This document shows, piece after piece, positions 9,355 to 20,137 of a stretch of DNA of 41,789 nucleotides. The notes under the pieces were generated by a model, which was given only the letters and a program-made list of their open reading frames with translations, ran no database searches and was not told the origin of the DNA. Numbering within the stretch: the stretch's first letter is position 1; the number at the start of each line of letters is the position of its first letter. This stretch comes from Pseudomonadota bacterium (GTDB lineage: Bacteria > Pseudomonadota > Alphaproteobacteria > Rickettsiales > UBA1997): positions 1 to 41,789 of the forward strand of contig RFYG01000002.1 in assembly GCA_009925685.1 (NCBI GenBank), read 5' to 3'. A program made the position numbers and the translations under genes.

Positions 9355-10629
9355 ATGCTTAAAAACCAAGATAAAATTTTTACCAATCTTTATGGCTTCG
9401 AACCAAATAGCCTAGAAAGCTCCAAAAAAAGGGGTGATTGGCTCGATACCAAAAAATTCCTTGATAATGGTAGCGAATGGATAATCGAACAAATAAAAAA
9501 TTCGGGACTTAGAGGTCGTGGCGGAGCAGGTTTTCCAACCGGCACAAAATGGTCTTTTGTTCCTAAAAAAACTAACCCAAAAGAGGGCAAGCCCCACTAT
9601 TTAGTTATCAACGCCGATGAATCAGAACCCGGCACTTGCAAGGATCGTGATATTTTGCGCAATGAGCCCCACAAGCTTATCGAGGGTTGTCTTATTGCTT
9701 CGAAGGCCATTAACGCCAATACTTGCTACATTTATATTCGTGGCGAATATTATAACGAAGCTCGCGCGCTTGAAAATGCCATAAACGAAGCATACGAAGC
9801 CAAACTTATCGGTAAAAACGCATGTGATTCTGGTTGGGATTTAGACATATTTATTCATCGTGGCGCGGGAGCTTATATATGTGGCGAAGAAACCGCCCTC
9901 CTTGAAAGTCTTGAGGGCAACAAAGGTCAGCCTCGACTCAAACCGCCATTTCCGGCGCTAATTGGTTTATATGGTTGCCCGACCGTCATCAACAATGTCG
10001 AATCAATTGCTGTAGTACCTGAAATTCTTAGACGCTCGGCAAGTTGGTTTGCATCTCTGGGGCGCGAAAAAAACACCGGCACAAAAATCTTTTGCATATC
10101 GGGTCACGTAAACAATCCGTGCAACGTAGAAGAAGAAATGGGAATCCCACTAAAAGAACTTATCGAGAAACACGCTGGCGGTGTTATCGGAGGTTGGGAC
10201 AACCTTTTGGCCGTAATTCCGGGCGGATCATCCGTACCTCTTATCAAAAAAGATATTTGCGATACAGTTTTAATGGATTTCGACTCCCTTAAAGCCGTTG
10301 GAACTGGCCTTGGAACTGCCGGCGTTATCGTTATGAACAAATCAACCGATGTAATAAATGCCATCGCTCGACTCTCGCATTTTTATAAACATGAGTCATG
10401 CGGTCAATGTACACCTTGTCGCGAAGGAACCGGTTGGATGATGCGCATTATGGATCGCATGGTGCAAGGCGATGCCAAAGTTGAAGAAATCGATCAATTG
10501 TATAATTTAAGCAAACAAATCGAGGGTCACACAATTTGCGCACTCGGTGATGCGGCGGCTTGGCCGGTTCAAGGTCTCATCAAAAACTTCCGCGACGAAA
10601 TGATCGCGAGAATCGAAAGCAAATTATAA
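9355..10629 (+). CDS. nuoF: NADH-quinone oxidoreductase subunit F
   Basis: The protein is 424 aa. It has the NADH/FMN motifs [13 protein letters not shown] and [19 protein letters not shown], and the 4Fe-4S cysteines [12 protein letters not shown]. Confidence 0.95.
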   Translation: MLKNQDKIFTNLYGFEPNSLESSKKRGDWLDTKKFLDNGSEWIIEQIKNSGLRGRGGAGFPTGTKWSFVPKKTNPKEGKPHYLVINADESEPGTCKDRDILRNEPHKLIEGCLIASKAINANTCYIYIRGEYYNEARALENAINEAYEAKLIGKNACDSGWDLDIFIHRGAGAYICGEETALLESLEGNKGQPRLKPPFPALIGLYGCPTVINNVESIAVVPEILRRSASWFASLGREKNTGTKIFCISGHVNNPCNVEEEMGIPLKELIEKHAGGVIGGWDNLLAVIPGGSSVPLIKKDICDTVLMDFDSLKAVGTGLGTAGVIVMNKSTDVINAIARLSHFYKHESCGQCTPCREGTGWMMRIMDRMVQGDAKVEEIDQLYNLSKQIEGHTICALGDAAAWPVQGLIKNFRDEMIARIESKL

Positions 10630-10630
10630 T

Positions 10631-11833
10631 ATGCACAAAATTGTTGCCCTAATCACCGCCTGCGGGAGAGGAAATCGTTTTAATCGGGGCGAGGGCATTC
10701 CCAAACAATACCTTCCCTTGGCTGGATTTCCAATGCTTCGGCATTCGATTCAAGCATTTTTAAATCACCCGCAAATTTCTGATGTTATCTGCGTGATTCA
10801 CCCCGACGATGTTGAGCTTTACGAACAAGCCACAATCGGACTTGATCTTCTTAATCCAGTTTTTGGCGGAGAAACTCGTCAAGCATCGATTCGCAAAGGT
10901 CTCGAAGAGCTCATCGATTACAATCCAAGCAAAGTTCTAATTCATGATGGAGTTAGGCCTTTCATCTCAAAAAGAATCATTAATGGCATTCTCGAAAAAC
11001 TCGAGTCACATCCAGCGGTTATTCCGGCTATTGCCGTTGAAGATACCATCAAAAAAATTGGCGATGGCAAAATTGAATGGACTTTAGAGCGCGAAAATCT
11101 TTGGCGCGCTCAAACCCCTCAAGGTTTTATATATCAAGATATTTTGAACTCTCATGTGGCTTTTAAAGACTTAAATTTCACCGACGATTCATCTTTAAAT
11201 GAATATGCCGGAATTCCAGTTGCTATCGTTCCTGGATCACAAAATAATTTTAAAATTACCACCGAAGAAGATTATGAACGCGCTAAACATATGCTTCCGT
11301 TTTTGATTGACGAATATCGCGAAGAAACGCGAGTCGGAACCGGATTCGATGTTCACGGGTTTCGCGCAATTGAAGAAGGTGAAAATAATTTTATTAGAAT
11401 TTGTGGAGCAGAAATCGAGTTTGACAAAAAAATTCTTGCTCATTCTGATGGCGACGTTGGCATTCACGCTATAATTGACGCACTTCTTGGAGCAATTGGT
11501 GAAGGCGATATCGGCGAACATTTCCCTCCAAGCGAACAAAAATGGAAAAATTGCGATTCTCGCGAAATGCTAAAAAAAGTTTATGAAATAATCCAAAAAT
11601 CATGCGCACTCATCTCTAATATTGACGTTACTATCATTTGCGAAAAACCCAAAATCACCAAATATAAATTAAAAATGAAAGAAGAAATATCCTCGATTCT
11701 TGGGATCTCGACCCGCAAAATCAACATTAAGGCTACCACCACCGAAGGGCTTGGATTTATTGGTCGTGAAGAGGGAATCGCTTGTCAAGCCGTAGCTAAT
11801 GTGGTTTATCAAAGCAACAAACTAAACTCATAA
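10631..11833 (+). CDS. ispDF: Bifunctional MEP cytidylyltransferase / MEcPP synthase
   Basis: The protein is 400 aa. The N-terminal IspD half has ACGRGNRF and PKQYL. The C-terminal IspF half has GTGFDVHGF, AHSDGDVGIHA and ITCEKPK-like motifs. This fusion is typical of alphaproteobacteria. The gene starts 2 nt after the nuoF stop. Confidence 0.93.
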   Translation: MHKIVALITACGRGNRFNRGEGIPKQYLPLAGFPMLRHSIQAFLNHPQISDVICVIHPDDVELYEQATIGLDLLNPVFGGETRQASIRKGLEELIDYNPSKVLIHDGVRPFISKRIINGILEKLESHPAVIPAIAVEDTIKKIGDGKIEWTLERENLWRAQTPQGFIYQDILNSHVAFKDLNFTDDSSLNEYAGIPVAIVPGSQNNFKITTEEDYERAKHMLPFLIDEYREETRVGTGFDVHGFRAIEEGENNFIRICGAEIEFDKKILAHSDGDVGIHAIIDALLGAIGEGDIGEHFPPSEQKWKNCDSREMLKKVYEIIQKSCALISNIDVTIICEKPKITKYKLKMKEEISSILGISTRKINIKATTTEGLGFIGREEGIACQAVANVVYQSNKLNS

Positions 11834-11925
11834 ATCAATCACAAAATTTAAAATTAATTTTGTTAGTTAAATGATTTGCATTTTTGGCAAGATTTCGGGC
11901 AAAAAATTAATAAAATCAACGCTAC

Positions 11926-12666
11926 TTAAAACTTACGGTCTAGCAAAATAACCTTTTCATCGGCAACTTTTTGAACAAGATCCATGCGCAACTTTAGGTT
12001 AATGTGAATTTTTTCAAGCGACGATTGTTCTGTATCGCGCGGTATTTCAAAAAACTTATCATCAATACAAAAACACAAATTTGAAAAGGGCAAAGGGATC
12101 TTAAAACTATCCCAGCTTTTTTTGATTATCTTAAATTTTGAACAAGAATAAGAAATTGGGATAATTGTCGCCCCAGAAATCTTGGCAATATTTAATAATT
12201 CGCCATTAATTTGTTGATTTGGACCACGCGGTCCATCTGGAGTAATGCCGAGAGCATAACCTTTTTTTAAACCGTCAATAATTTTACGCAAACTCGAATA
12301 ATCAATACCCTTATTACCCCTTCTGCCATCTTTGCTTGAGCCCAAAATTGATATTAATCCAAAATGCTCCATAACATTTCCAACCAATTGGCCGTCACCA
12401 TGCCTTGAAGCCAGAGTCATAAGATTGTGCTTGTTATATTTGCGCTTAATTTTGCGCGCAATAAACGGAATCATCATTAAGCGATTATGCCAAAAAGCGA
12501 ATATAATCGGCTCATTATTTTTGATTAATTTATCAATATTTTCAAAACCAATATATTTTGTTTGAGAGGTCTTATAAACCAAGAATAAGTAGTAATAAAC
12601 CGCAAGTGTTATAATTTTTTTGGAAACTTTATTATATGACAATCTTCTAAAAAATAATTTTATCAT
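11926..12666 (-). CDS. DUF374 / lysophospholipid-acyltransferase-like protein
   Basis: The protein is 246 aa with an N-terminal membrane helix. Its motifs FAFWHNRLMM, SRHGDGQ and PDGPRGP are as I remember them for the DUF374 family. Confidence 0.6.
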   Translation of the reverse strand: MIKLFFRRLSYNKVSKKIITLAVYYYLFLVYKTSQTKYIGFENIDKLIKNNEPIIFAFWHNRLMMIPFIARKIKRKYNKHNLMTLASRHGDGQLVGNVMEHFGLISILGSSKDGRRGNKGIDYSSLRKIIDGLKKGYALGITPDGPRGPNQQINGELLNIAKISGATIIPISYSCSKFKIIKKSWDSFKIPLPFSNLCFCIDDKFFEIPRDTEQSSLEKIHINLKLRMDLVQKVADEKVILLDRKF

Positions 12667-12723
12667 TGATGCTGTTTACCCTGTTCAATTAATTTATTGG
12701 TGGGGAAGTTTTTTATGTCCATC

Positions 12724-14544
12724 TTAAGTTTTTTGGTTTTTTAAAATTTTATTAAGGCCTTGAGCCTCCATAAGAACATCTTTAGCGATAGGAGCCGCGG
12801 CCATCGAACCGCTTTTGCCATGCTCAACAACAACAGAAATTGCATATTTAGGCTCATGAACTGGAGCAAATCCAATAAAAATAGCGTGATTGGCATTATT
12901 CTCGCTTTCAAATTTTGACATTTCTTTTTCGCGCTTAGAAATAACCTGAGAAGTGCCGGTTTTGCCAGCCATTTCAAATCCTTGAGCATTAATTTTTTTC
13001 CCATAAGCCGTTCCGCCCGGCTCATTAACCACTCTTCTCATGCCTTCTTGTATTAATTTTAGAAATTTTCTATCGACAATTGGCTCATTTTTTAGAGCAT
13101 CAAATTGTTTAAAAATATTACTATTTCTAACCAAATAAGGCTTTATTGGCACACCGCCATTAGCAATTCTTGAAGCTACAACCGCCAATTGAAGAGGCGT
13201 TGACAAAACATTTCCTTGTCCAATCGCCGTATTAAGAGTGTCGCCTTTAACCCAAGGTTGATTAAAAACTTTTTGCTTCCACTCTTCAGACGGCACCATG
13301 CCAGCTTTGGCTCCGTAAAGACTTATATCGAATTTTTCACCAAATCCAAATCTTTTTGCCATTTCGGTGAATTTTTCGTGCCCGAATTGATTGGCAAGAG
13401 TATAAAAATAAGTATTACAAGAATGCATTATGGCTCCAACCAAATCTAGAGAACCGTGACCTTTTTCTTCCCAACAATGAAAAGTTCTTTTTCCGAGCTG
13501 ATATTTACCGTTACAATATACTCGGCTTGCAGGATTATAACCACTTTCAAGCGCCGACAAAGCAACCATGAGCTTAAAAGTTGAACCAGGGGGATAGAGC
13601 GCTGAGATAGGCTTGTTGTTAAGAGGCTTGCGAATATCTTCATTGAGTTGCTTCCAATAATCTCTCGAAACGCCCTCGACAAAATTATTGGGATCAAAAG
13701 TTGGCGATGAAGCATAACTCAAAATCTCGCCAGTTTTTACATCCATAACCACCACCGAAGACACCAAATCTCTTATTCTCTCGGTTACATATTTTTGAAG
13801 CGCGAAATCTATGGTTAAATTGATGCGCGAACCCTCCTGAGATTGTTTGATTGAGAGAGTTCTAAGAGGCACTTCGTGAACATTTACTTCGACATATTTG
13901 ACGCCATATTTGCCACGCAAAGCGGTGTCAAAAGTTTTTTCAATACCAAATTTGCCAATACGAAAATCGGGATGCATAAATAAATTTTGCTCATTTTCTT
14001 CAATTTCTTTTTCAGCGGGCAATGAAACATAACCCAAAAAATGGGCGGTCTCAGTTGGGTAAGGATATTTTCTGATTATACCGCTCTCAATTGAAACCCC
14101 CGGCAACTTGTGAAAATTCGTTTCGATGCGAGCTAAATCATCCCATCCGAGATTATCAATTAAAGAGATTACGCTTTTGCGTTTGGCATTTTTGAGCTTC
14201 GCAAAAAATAAATTTTTTGTTTCTTGATTGACTCCGATTATTTCGCAAATTTGCTCGATTGCTTTGTTAGCGTTGGTTTTTCGATCAAGGTAAAGCAATA
14301 ATCTAAAATTACTTTCGTTTCTGGTCAGGGGGAGGCCATATCGATCAAAAACGGTCCCGCGACCAGCCGGATTTATAACGGGCTTGATTCGATTACTATC
14401 GGATTGACTTTTATAATCATCATGTCGCCATATTTGCAAATATCCCAAGCGAAAAACCAAAATTCCCGAAAGAGCAGTTTGGCCAATCCCTAAAATCATG
14501 GCCCTTCTATTAAAAACCTTATTTTTTCTAATATCACGGAGCAT
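12724..14544 (-). CDS. mrdA: Penicillin-binding protein 2 (elongasome transpeptidase)
   Basis: The protein is 606 aa with an N-terminal anchor and a PBP dimerisation domain. The transpeptidase motifs are STFK (PGSTFKLM), SCN (HSCN) and KTGT (AGKTGTSQ). It lies directly after mreD. Confidence 0.9.
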   Translation of the reverse strand: MLRDIRKNKVFNRRAMILGIGQTALSGILVFRLGYLQIWRHDDYKSQSDSNRIKPVINPAGRGTVFDRYGLPLTRNESNFRLLLYLDRKTNANKAIEQICEIIGVNQETKNLFFAKLKNAKRKSVISLIDNLGWDDLARIETNFHKLPGVSIESGIIRKYPYPTETAHFLGYVSLPAEKEIEENEQNLFMHPDFRIGKFGIEKTFDTALRGKYGVKYVEVNVHEVPLRTLSIKQSQEGSRINLTIDFALQKYVTERIRDLVSSVVVMDVKTGEILSYASSPTFDPNNFVEGVSRDYWKQLNEDIRKPLNNKPISALYPPGSTFKLMVALSALESGYNPASRVYCNGKYQLGKRTFHCWEEKGHGSLDLVGAIMHSCNTYFYTLANQFGHEKFTEMAKRFGFGEKFDISLYGAKAGMVPSEEWKQKVFNQPWVKGDTLNTAIGQGNVLSTPLQLAVVASRIANGGVPIKPYLVRNSNIFKQFDALKNEPIVDRKFLKLIQEGMRRVVNEPGGTAYGKKINAQGFEMAGKTGTSQVISKREKEMSKFESENNANHAIFIGFAPVHEPKYAISVVVEHGKSGSMAAAPIAKDVLMEAQGLNKILKNQKT

Positions 14545-14545
14545 T

Positions 14546-15043
14546 TTATTGTCCTAATAATTTGCGATTTAAATAATCAAAAAGACTGTGGGCTGGGATA
14601 TATAAAACCGAAGATATAATTAGTTGAACAATAAGATTCCAAACCGAACCCGATTGGCCGTTAATTATGAGCAATAAAAACCACTTTCCGAATAAAAACA
14701 TGATCGAAAAATATATGAATTGTTGCCAAATTTGTCGGAATCTTTCTTTGTTTAAAAGCCTAACATTTAGGATCGCAAAAAACTTGATTAATACAATATA
14801 ACATAGCGATGTTAGACCAAGGGGGTTGCCATTTAAAGCATCATTCCATATTCCTAGCAAAAAGATAAAAAACAGTCCGAAGATATTTTTAAAAACTGCA
14901 AAATAAAACACCGCCATCAAATCCATCATAGGCATAACATCATTGAAGCCAGAAATATTTATATTGGTAAGATTCATAATAGTAAGAACAACCGCAAATA
15001 AGTACAGCAAGAGTGATTTAGCTAGAGATCTTTGCTCGAACAT
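14546..15043 (-). CDS. mreD: Rod shape-determining protein MreD
   Basis: The protein is 165 aa with about five TM segments. It has a conserved-looking WNDALNGNPLGLTSLCY segment. Its position one nucleotide upstream of mrdA matches the canonical mreD-mrdA order. Confidence 0.65.
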   Translation of the reverse strand: MFEQRSLAKSLLLYLFAVVLTIMNLTNINISGFNDVMPMMDLMAVFYFAVFKNIFGLFFIFLLGIWNDALNGNPLGLTSLCYIVLIKFFAILNVRLLNKERFRQIWQQFIYFSIMFLFGKWFLLLIINGQSGSVWNLIVQLIISSVLYIPAHSLFDYLNRKLLGQ

Positions 15044-15109
15044 AACTGAAAACAGCTTTGATTGGGGGAATTGATTATTTGGTGATTATGAAAAATTCAT
15101 TTTATTATT

Positions 15110-16141
15110 CTAGACAAATAATTGGCTAAAATTTCTTCTTTTTCTTTTTTTCCATAGACCTTCGTGATAAGCGCAAGAGGCTAACAAAGGTATAACGGAA
15201 GTCGCTTCGGCGTAAACCATTTGCTCATATGCGGTGTCAACTTTTCCCCATGAACAAGCTTCTTTAAGAGTTGAAGATGAGCAAGCTCCGTCTCTCTGGT
15301 CGGCAACTGTAATTTGAATTGCATATTTGTGCATATCAACTTCTTTGCCAAGAATTTCAGCGCATACAACGGTATCTTGAACAAAGTTTTTAGGAACTCC
15401 ACCTCCAACCATCAAAAGGCCGGTTGTGCCAGCTTTGATTTTTATATCGGTGAGCTCTCTAAAATCTCTAATTGAGTCAATTGTTAAATGCGATTTTGGA
15501 TTTTTAACCTGATGAAGAACCAAGCCAAATCCAGCCGAAGAGTCGGTAAAAGCTGGGCAAAAAATTGGCACGTTATTTTCGTATGCCAGTTGAATTAGTG
15601 ATTCTTTTTTCTTGGATTTTTTTGTCAAATATTTGCCCATTTCTGCGATAAATTCTCTTGAGGAATATGGCTTGGGTTTGAGAGAATTAGCAATTTCAAA
15701 AATTGTGTGATCGCATTTTTGCAAATCTGCTTCGTCGATATAAGTATCATAAATTCTATCGATATAATTATCGCGCAAAAATTTGTCGTCGATAAAGGGA
15801 GTGCCTTGATAATGCTTAAAACCTAAGGCCTCAAAAAAATCCATATCAACTATCGATGCACCAGTCGCAACAATTGCATCGATCATATTGTATTTAATCA
15901 TGTCAGCATAAAGCTTCATGCAACCGCCAGCCGAGGTTGATCCAGCGAGAGTTAAAATTATTGAACAAGACTTATCAGCCAACATCATGTTAAAAATTTC
16001 AGTTGCGCGCGCCAAATCTCTTGACGTAAAAGACATATCATCCATTTGCTTAACGATTGGTCGAGCATCAAAAGAGGTTATGTCGATGTGTTTGACTTGT
16101 CTCTTAAGTAAATCTTTTTTAGAAATTTTTTTTGCAGTCAT
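15110..16141 (-). CDS. Deoxyhypusine synthase-like protein (candidate homospermidine synthase)
   Basis: The protein is 343 aa when started at the internal ATG 16139-16141 (MTAKKISKK...), which lies 4 nt after the ODC stop. DHS family blocks present are LAGSTSAGG, ATGASIVDMDFFEALG and MVGGGVPKNF, the last containing the lysine. Confidence 0.8.
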   Translation of the reverse strand: MTAKKISKKDLLKRQVKHIDITSFDARPIVKQMDDMSFTSRDLARATEIFNMMLADKSCSIILTLAGSTSAGGCMKLYADMIKYNMIDAIVATGASIVDMDFFEALGFKHYQGTPFIDDKFLRDNYIDRIYDTYIDEADLQKCDHTIFEIANSLKPKPYSSREFIAEMGKYLTKKSKKKESLIQLAYENNVPIFCPAFTDSSAGFGLVLHQVKNPKSHLTIDSIRDFRELTDIKIKAGTTGLLMVGGGVPKNFVQDTVVCAEILGKEVDMHKYAIQITVADQRDGACSSSTLKEACSWGKVDTAYEQMVYAEATSVIPLLASCAYHEGLWKKRKRRNFSQLFV

Positions 16142-16145
16142 TGTC

Positions 16146-17495
16146 TTATTTAGTTTGAGATTTATTAAGGTTTTGCTGATTTTTATGCAGATTATACATT
16201 GATTCAATTGGCTCGTCGGATACTTCAATTTGTAGATTTTGATTAAATCCATTGAACTCTGTTCTAATGCTTCTTGAATAAGCTCCAAGCTGGGCAATTT
16301 CGATATAATCACCAGCGCCAATATCATCCGGTAGATAAAATGGACCCTTCATGGTATCAAGAGAATCGCATGTTGGCCCATAAAAACCAAAAGCAATTTT
16401 ATTAGAAGATAATGATGAGCCTTTTTTAGCCCTAATGGCTTTTGTATGATAAATAAATCCCGGATATCCAGCATCAAAAAGTCCGCCATAGGTGCCATCA
16501 TTGATGTAAAGCATATGATTTTTTCGACCTTCAACCCTAACAACCAAAGAGCCGGATTCGGCCACCAAAGCTCTGCCGGGTTCACACCAAATTCTTGCAC
16601 CCTTGGCCAGATTTAGTTGGTTTATGGATTCAAAAATTTCATCAAAATAGCTCTGAAGATTAGGCGGTGTCATGGTTGGATAGGTCGAAGGAAAACCGCC
16701 CCCAACATCAAGAACATCAAGCTTAACGCCAGCATTATCAATCACTTCTTTTGCGATCATTATGGCATTACGATATTCAACCGGATCCATGCATTGAGAT
16801 CCAACATGAAAACATACGCCAAGCCTTGAGGAATGAGCGCGAGTTTTTCTGAGCAGGGATGAAGATTCTGAAGGTAGAATTCCAAACTTACCCGACAAGT
16901 CAATGGCCGAGTGCGAGTTGGGGATTGAGAGTCGAATGTGAAGACCTAAATCTTTAGCATTTTGGGTAATAAGTAAAATTTTTTCTAACTCATCAAAACT
17001 ATCGAGGGAAAAATCTTTTATGCCATAATTAAAATATGCTTCCTTAATAGCTTCAGGAGCTTTGATTGGGTGCATAAAATACATTTTTACTTTGTCACCG
17101 AAAAGTTCATTAATAAGCTTGATTTCCGACAAAGACGCTACATCGAAATGCTTAATACCGAAATCAAAAAGATACTTCAAAACCGATTTATCGGGATTGC
17201 TTTTTACGGAATACAAAATGTCTGTTGGATATTTATTGCATCTAAAATTTTTAGCAAAAAAACCTACCGCCTTTTTGAGAATTTTTGGCCTAATACAATA
17301 TACAGGGATAGAGGGTAAGTTTTGCTTAATAAATTCTTCAACAAGAACAAGACCTTTTTTCGCCTCATCTTCTTCGGAAAAATTGTTTAAATTTGTTTTA
17401 TTTTTAACTGACAAATCAAGATTTTTTTTATCTGTTTTGTGTAAATAATAAACATTTGAAGAAGATCTTCGGACGTACTCTTGTTCTGGCTCCAT
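16146..17495 (-). CDS. Ornithine decarboxylase, PLP-dependent, alanine-racemase fold (group IV Orn/Lys/Arg decarboxylase)
   Basis: The protein is 449 aa. It has the PLP-lysine block YSVKSNPD, then FHVGSQC, the Gly loop DVGGGFP, EPGRALV and GPTCDSLD. This layout resembles eukaryotic-type ODC. The first 50 aa or so form a low-complexity extension. Confidence 0.85.
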   Translation of the reverse strand: MEPEQEYVRRSSSNVYYLHKTDKKNLDLSVKNKTNLNNFSEEDEAKKGLVLVEEFIKQNLPSIPVYCIRPKILKKAVGFFAKNFRCNKYPTDILYSVKSNPDKSVLKYLFDFGIKHFDVASLSEIKLINELFGDKVKMYFMHPIKAPEAIKEAYFNYGIKDFSLDSFDELEKILLITQNAKDLGLHIRLSIPNSHSAIDLSGKFGILPSESSSLLRKTRAHSSRLGVCFHVGSQCMDPVEYRNAIMIAKEVIDNAGVKLDVLDVGGGFPSTYPTMTPPNLQSYFDEIFESINQLNLAKGARIWCEPGRALVAESGSLVVRVEGRKNHMLYINDGTYGGLFDAGYPGFIYHTKAIRAKKGSSLSSNKIAFGFYGPTCDSLDTMKGPFYLPDDIGAGDYIEIAQLGAYSRSIRTEFNGFNQNLQIEVSDEPIESMYNLHKNQQNLNKSQTK

Positions 17496-17856
17496 TTCTT
17501 TTTGTGAAAATCGAATTAATAAAAAAACAAAAATTAGACAATTTCTGTTAAAAAAAATAAAAGGAAGGGGCGCGAAATTAGAAATTTTATTTTAAATGTA
17601 AACAAAAAATTTCAATTTTAATAACATATTTTCTGATCCATAAAAATAGGCAAAAAAGTGAAGGAAAATTCATGCCAATTGAACATAAATTCAGCTCAAA
17701 AATTAGCGCCAAAACTAAAATCTTTAAGCCAATAATTTTATCATTCAAAAACTTATTAAAATTAAAGAGCAACAATTAACATCAATTGGCAATGACTATC
17801 TAATGTTAGGGGTTAGCGGTAATTATTAAAAAAATTATTTTAGATTAAAAAATGGT

Positions 17857-17931
17857 TGGTGCTCTCGGCATGACTCGAACATGCGCTCGCGGTTTAGGAA
17901 ACCACTGCTCTATCCCCTGAGCTACGAGAGC
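17857..17931 (-). tRNA. tRNA-Arg (anticodon CCU)
   Basis: The reverse complement GCTCTCGTAGCTCAGGGGATAGAGCAGTGGTTTCCTAAACCGCGAGCGCATGTTCGAGTCATGCCGAGAGCACCA folds as a cloverleaf. The acceptor stem has 7 bp, the anticodon loop is TTCCTAA, the T arm is GCATG/CATGC, and CCA is encoded. Confidence 0.9.
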
Positions 17932-17942
17932 AGGCAAAAAAT

Positions 17943-18539
17943 CTAATGCAAACGAATATAGCTTTTAATTTCATCTATCGAAAATTCTTGGAGATTACCC
18001 TTCAAACGCAAAACCACCTTACCTTGGGGATTGATCAGCCATGTTTCGGGAACCGCTTCGATATTAGCAACTTTTGAGAAAAAGCCCTTATTATCGGCAC
18101 CGACTCTAGAAAATGGATTGCCATTTTTTTGCAAAAATTTTTGGGTGTTGTTATTGATATCGCGCCACGCAATACCATAAAGATCCGCAATTGCTTCGGT
18201 TTGCATTCTGAGTAATATATCGTGCTCAGCTATGCAGGTTGAGCACCACGAGGCGAAGAAATTTATGATGGTGTATTTTCCAAGCAAATCTTTTTTGGTA
18301 AATTTTTTGTTATCTTCAAATAAATCAGGAATTTCAAAATCAGGCAAATCTATGGTGGTTTCAACAAAATTTACAAAACCCTCTTCATCGTTACCTTGGC
18401 GAGTTTCGGAATCATCATTCTCAGAAATTTCTTCGGAAATTGTTGCATTATCGCCTTGGGTTTTGCTAATATTTTTGATGGCCAATGAAATTAACAAAAT
18501 CAAAACCGCAAGGATTGTTAGTGGAATGAATTTTTTCAT
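17943..18539 (-). CDS. ccmG: Periplasmic thiol:disulfide oxidoreductase, CcmG/DsbE (TlpA) family
   Basis: The protein is 198 aa with an N-terminal membrane anchor. It has the thioredoxin motif FFASWCSTC and the downstream block AVPETWLINPQGKV, which is typical of CcmG. An acidic insertion follows the anchor. Confidence 0.75.
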   Translation of the reverse strand: MKKFIPLTILAVLILLISLAIKNISKTQGDNATISEEISENDDSETRQGNDEEGFVNFVETTIDLPDFEIPDLFEDNKKFTKKDLLGKYTIINFFASWCSTCIAEHDILLRMQTEAIADLYGIAWRDINNNTQKFLQKNGNPFSRVGADNKGFFSKVANIEAVPETWLINPQGKVVLRLKGNLQEFSIDEIKSYIRLH

Positions 18540-18543
18540 ATGA

Positions 18544-19674
<1,131 letters not shown>

Positions 19675-19741
19675 ATTTTTTATTTGCATTTTAGTTTTTT
19701 TAATAAATTGTCAAAATCCCCAAAATAAAATTTCATCAATT

Positions 19742-20092
19742 ATGAAAACACGCGCCAATTTTTTATTAACAATCTTTGTTGCTCTTATTTTTACAAATAT
19801 TGCCACCGAAGCTTTCGCTCAAACCCCCGAGAAAGGCTCTTCAAACAGCCTAAACGCTCCACAACAAAACCAAAATATCGACATCAAAAAAGCCAATAAT
19901 CAAAAAAAACAACAAAGATATAATCAAGCTAGTCCAGAGCAAAAACAAAAAATTGATAAACGCAGAGAGATCATGAAAAACCTTACTCCTGAGCAAAGAA
20001 ATCTTGTTAAGCAAGAAAGAGAAAGGCATCGTCAAGAAATGAAAAAAATTATTGGGGTTGATCTTCTTAGCGATCAACTTCCCATCGAATAA
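19742..20092 (+). CDS. Small secreted basic protein with SPEQ/TPEQ (LTxxQ-like) repeats
   Basis: The protein is 116 aa from the ATG at 19742. The longer track ORF overlaps tgt. The signal peptide is MKTRANFLLTIFVALIFTNIATEAFA|Q. The motifs SPEQKQKI and LTPEQRNLV sit in a Lys/Arg/Gln-rich helix. Confidence 0.65.
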   Translation: MKTRANFLLTIFVALIFTNIATEAFAQTPEKGSSNSLNAPQQNQNIDIKKANNQKKQQRYNQASPEQKQKIDKRREIMKNLTPEQRNLVKQERERHRQEMKKIIGVDLLSDQLPIE

Positions 20093-20137
20093 ATCCCTAC
20101 TAAAAAAATTTAAAATAACCAAAATCTGGAGAAAACA

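Noticed and set aside
11841-11863. The hairpin acaaaatt/aattttgt between the convergent ispDF and DUF374 genes, as a possible bidirectional terminator.
   Set aside because: The stem is 8 bp of almost pure A/T and would be very unstable. It is not convincing as an intrinsic terminator.
16142-16327. The N-terminal 62 codons of track ORF 15110-16327, which would make the DHS-like protein 405 aa.
   Set aside because: This extension overlaps the 3' end of the ODC gene in another frame and has no DHS-like sequence. The internal ATG at 16141 lies 4 nt after the ODC stop and gives a normal-length DHS-family protein.
17587-17775. A 62-aa minus-strand ORF in the spacer between ODC and tRNA-Arg. Similar cases are 28699-28941, 34764-34964, 24771-25031 and 7441-7650.
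   Set aside because: These are short ORFs in near-pure A/T sequence with Phe/Ile/Leu/Lys/Asn-dominated translations and no recognisable motif or ribosome-binding context. They are most likely chance ORFs.
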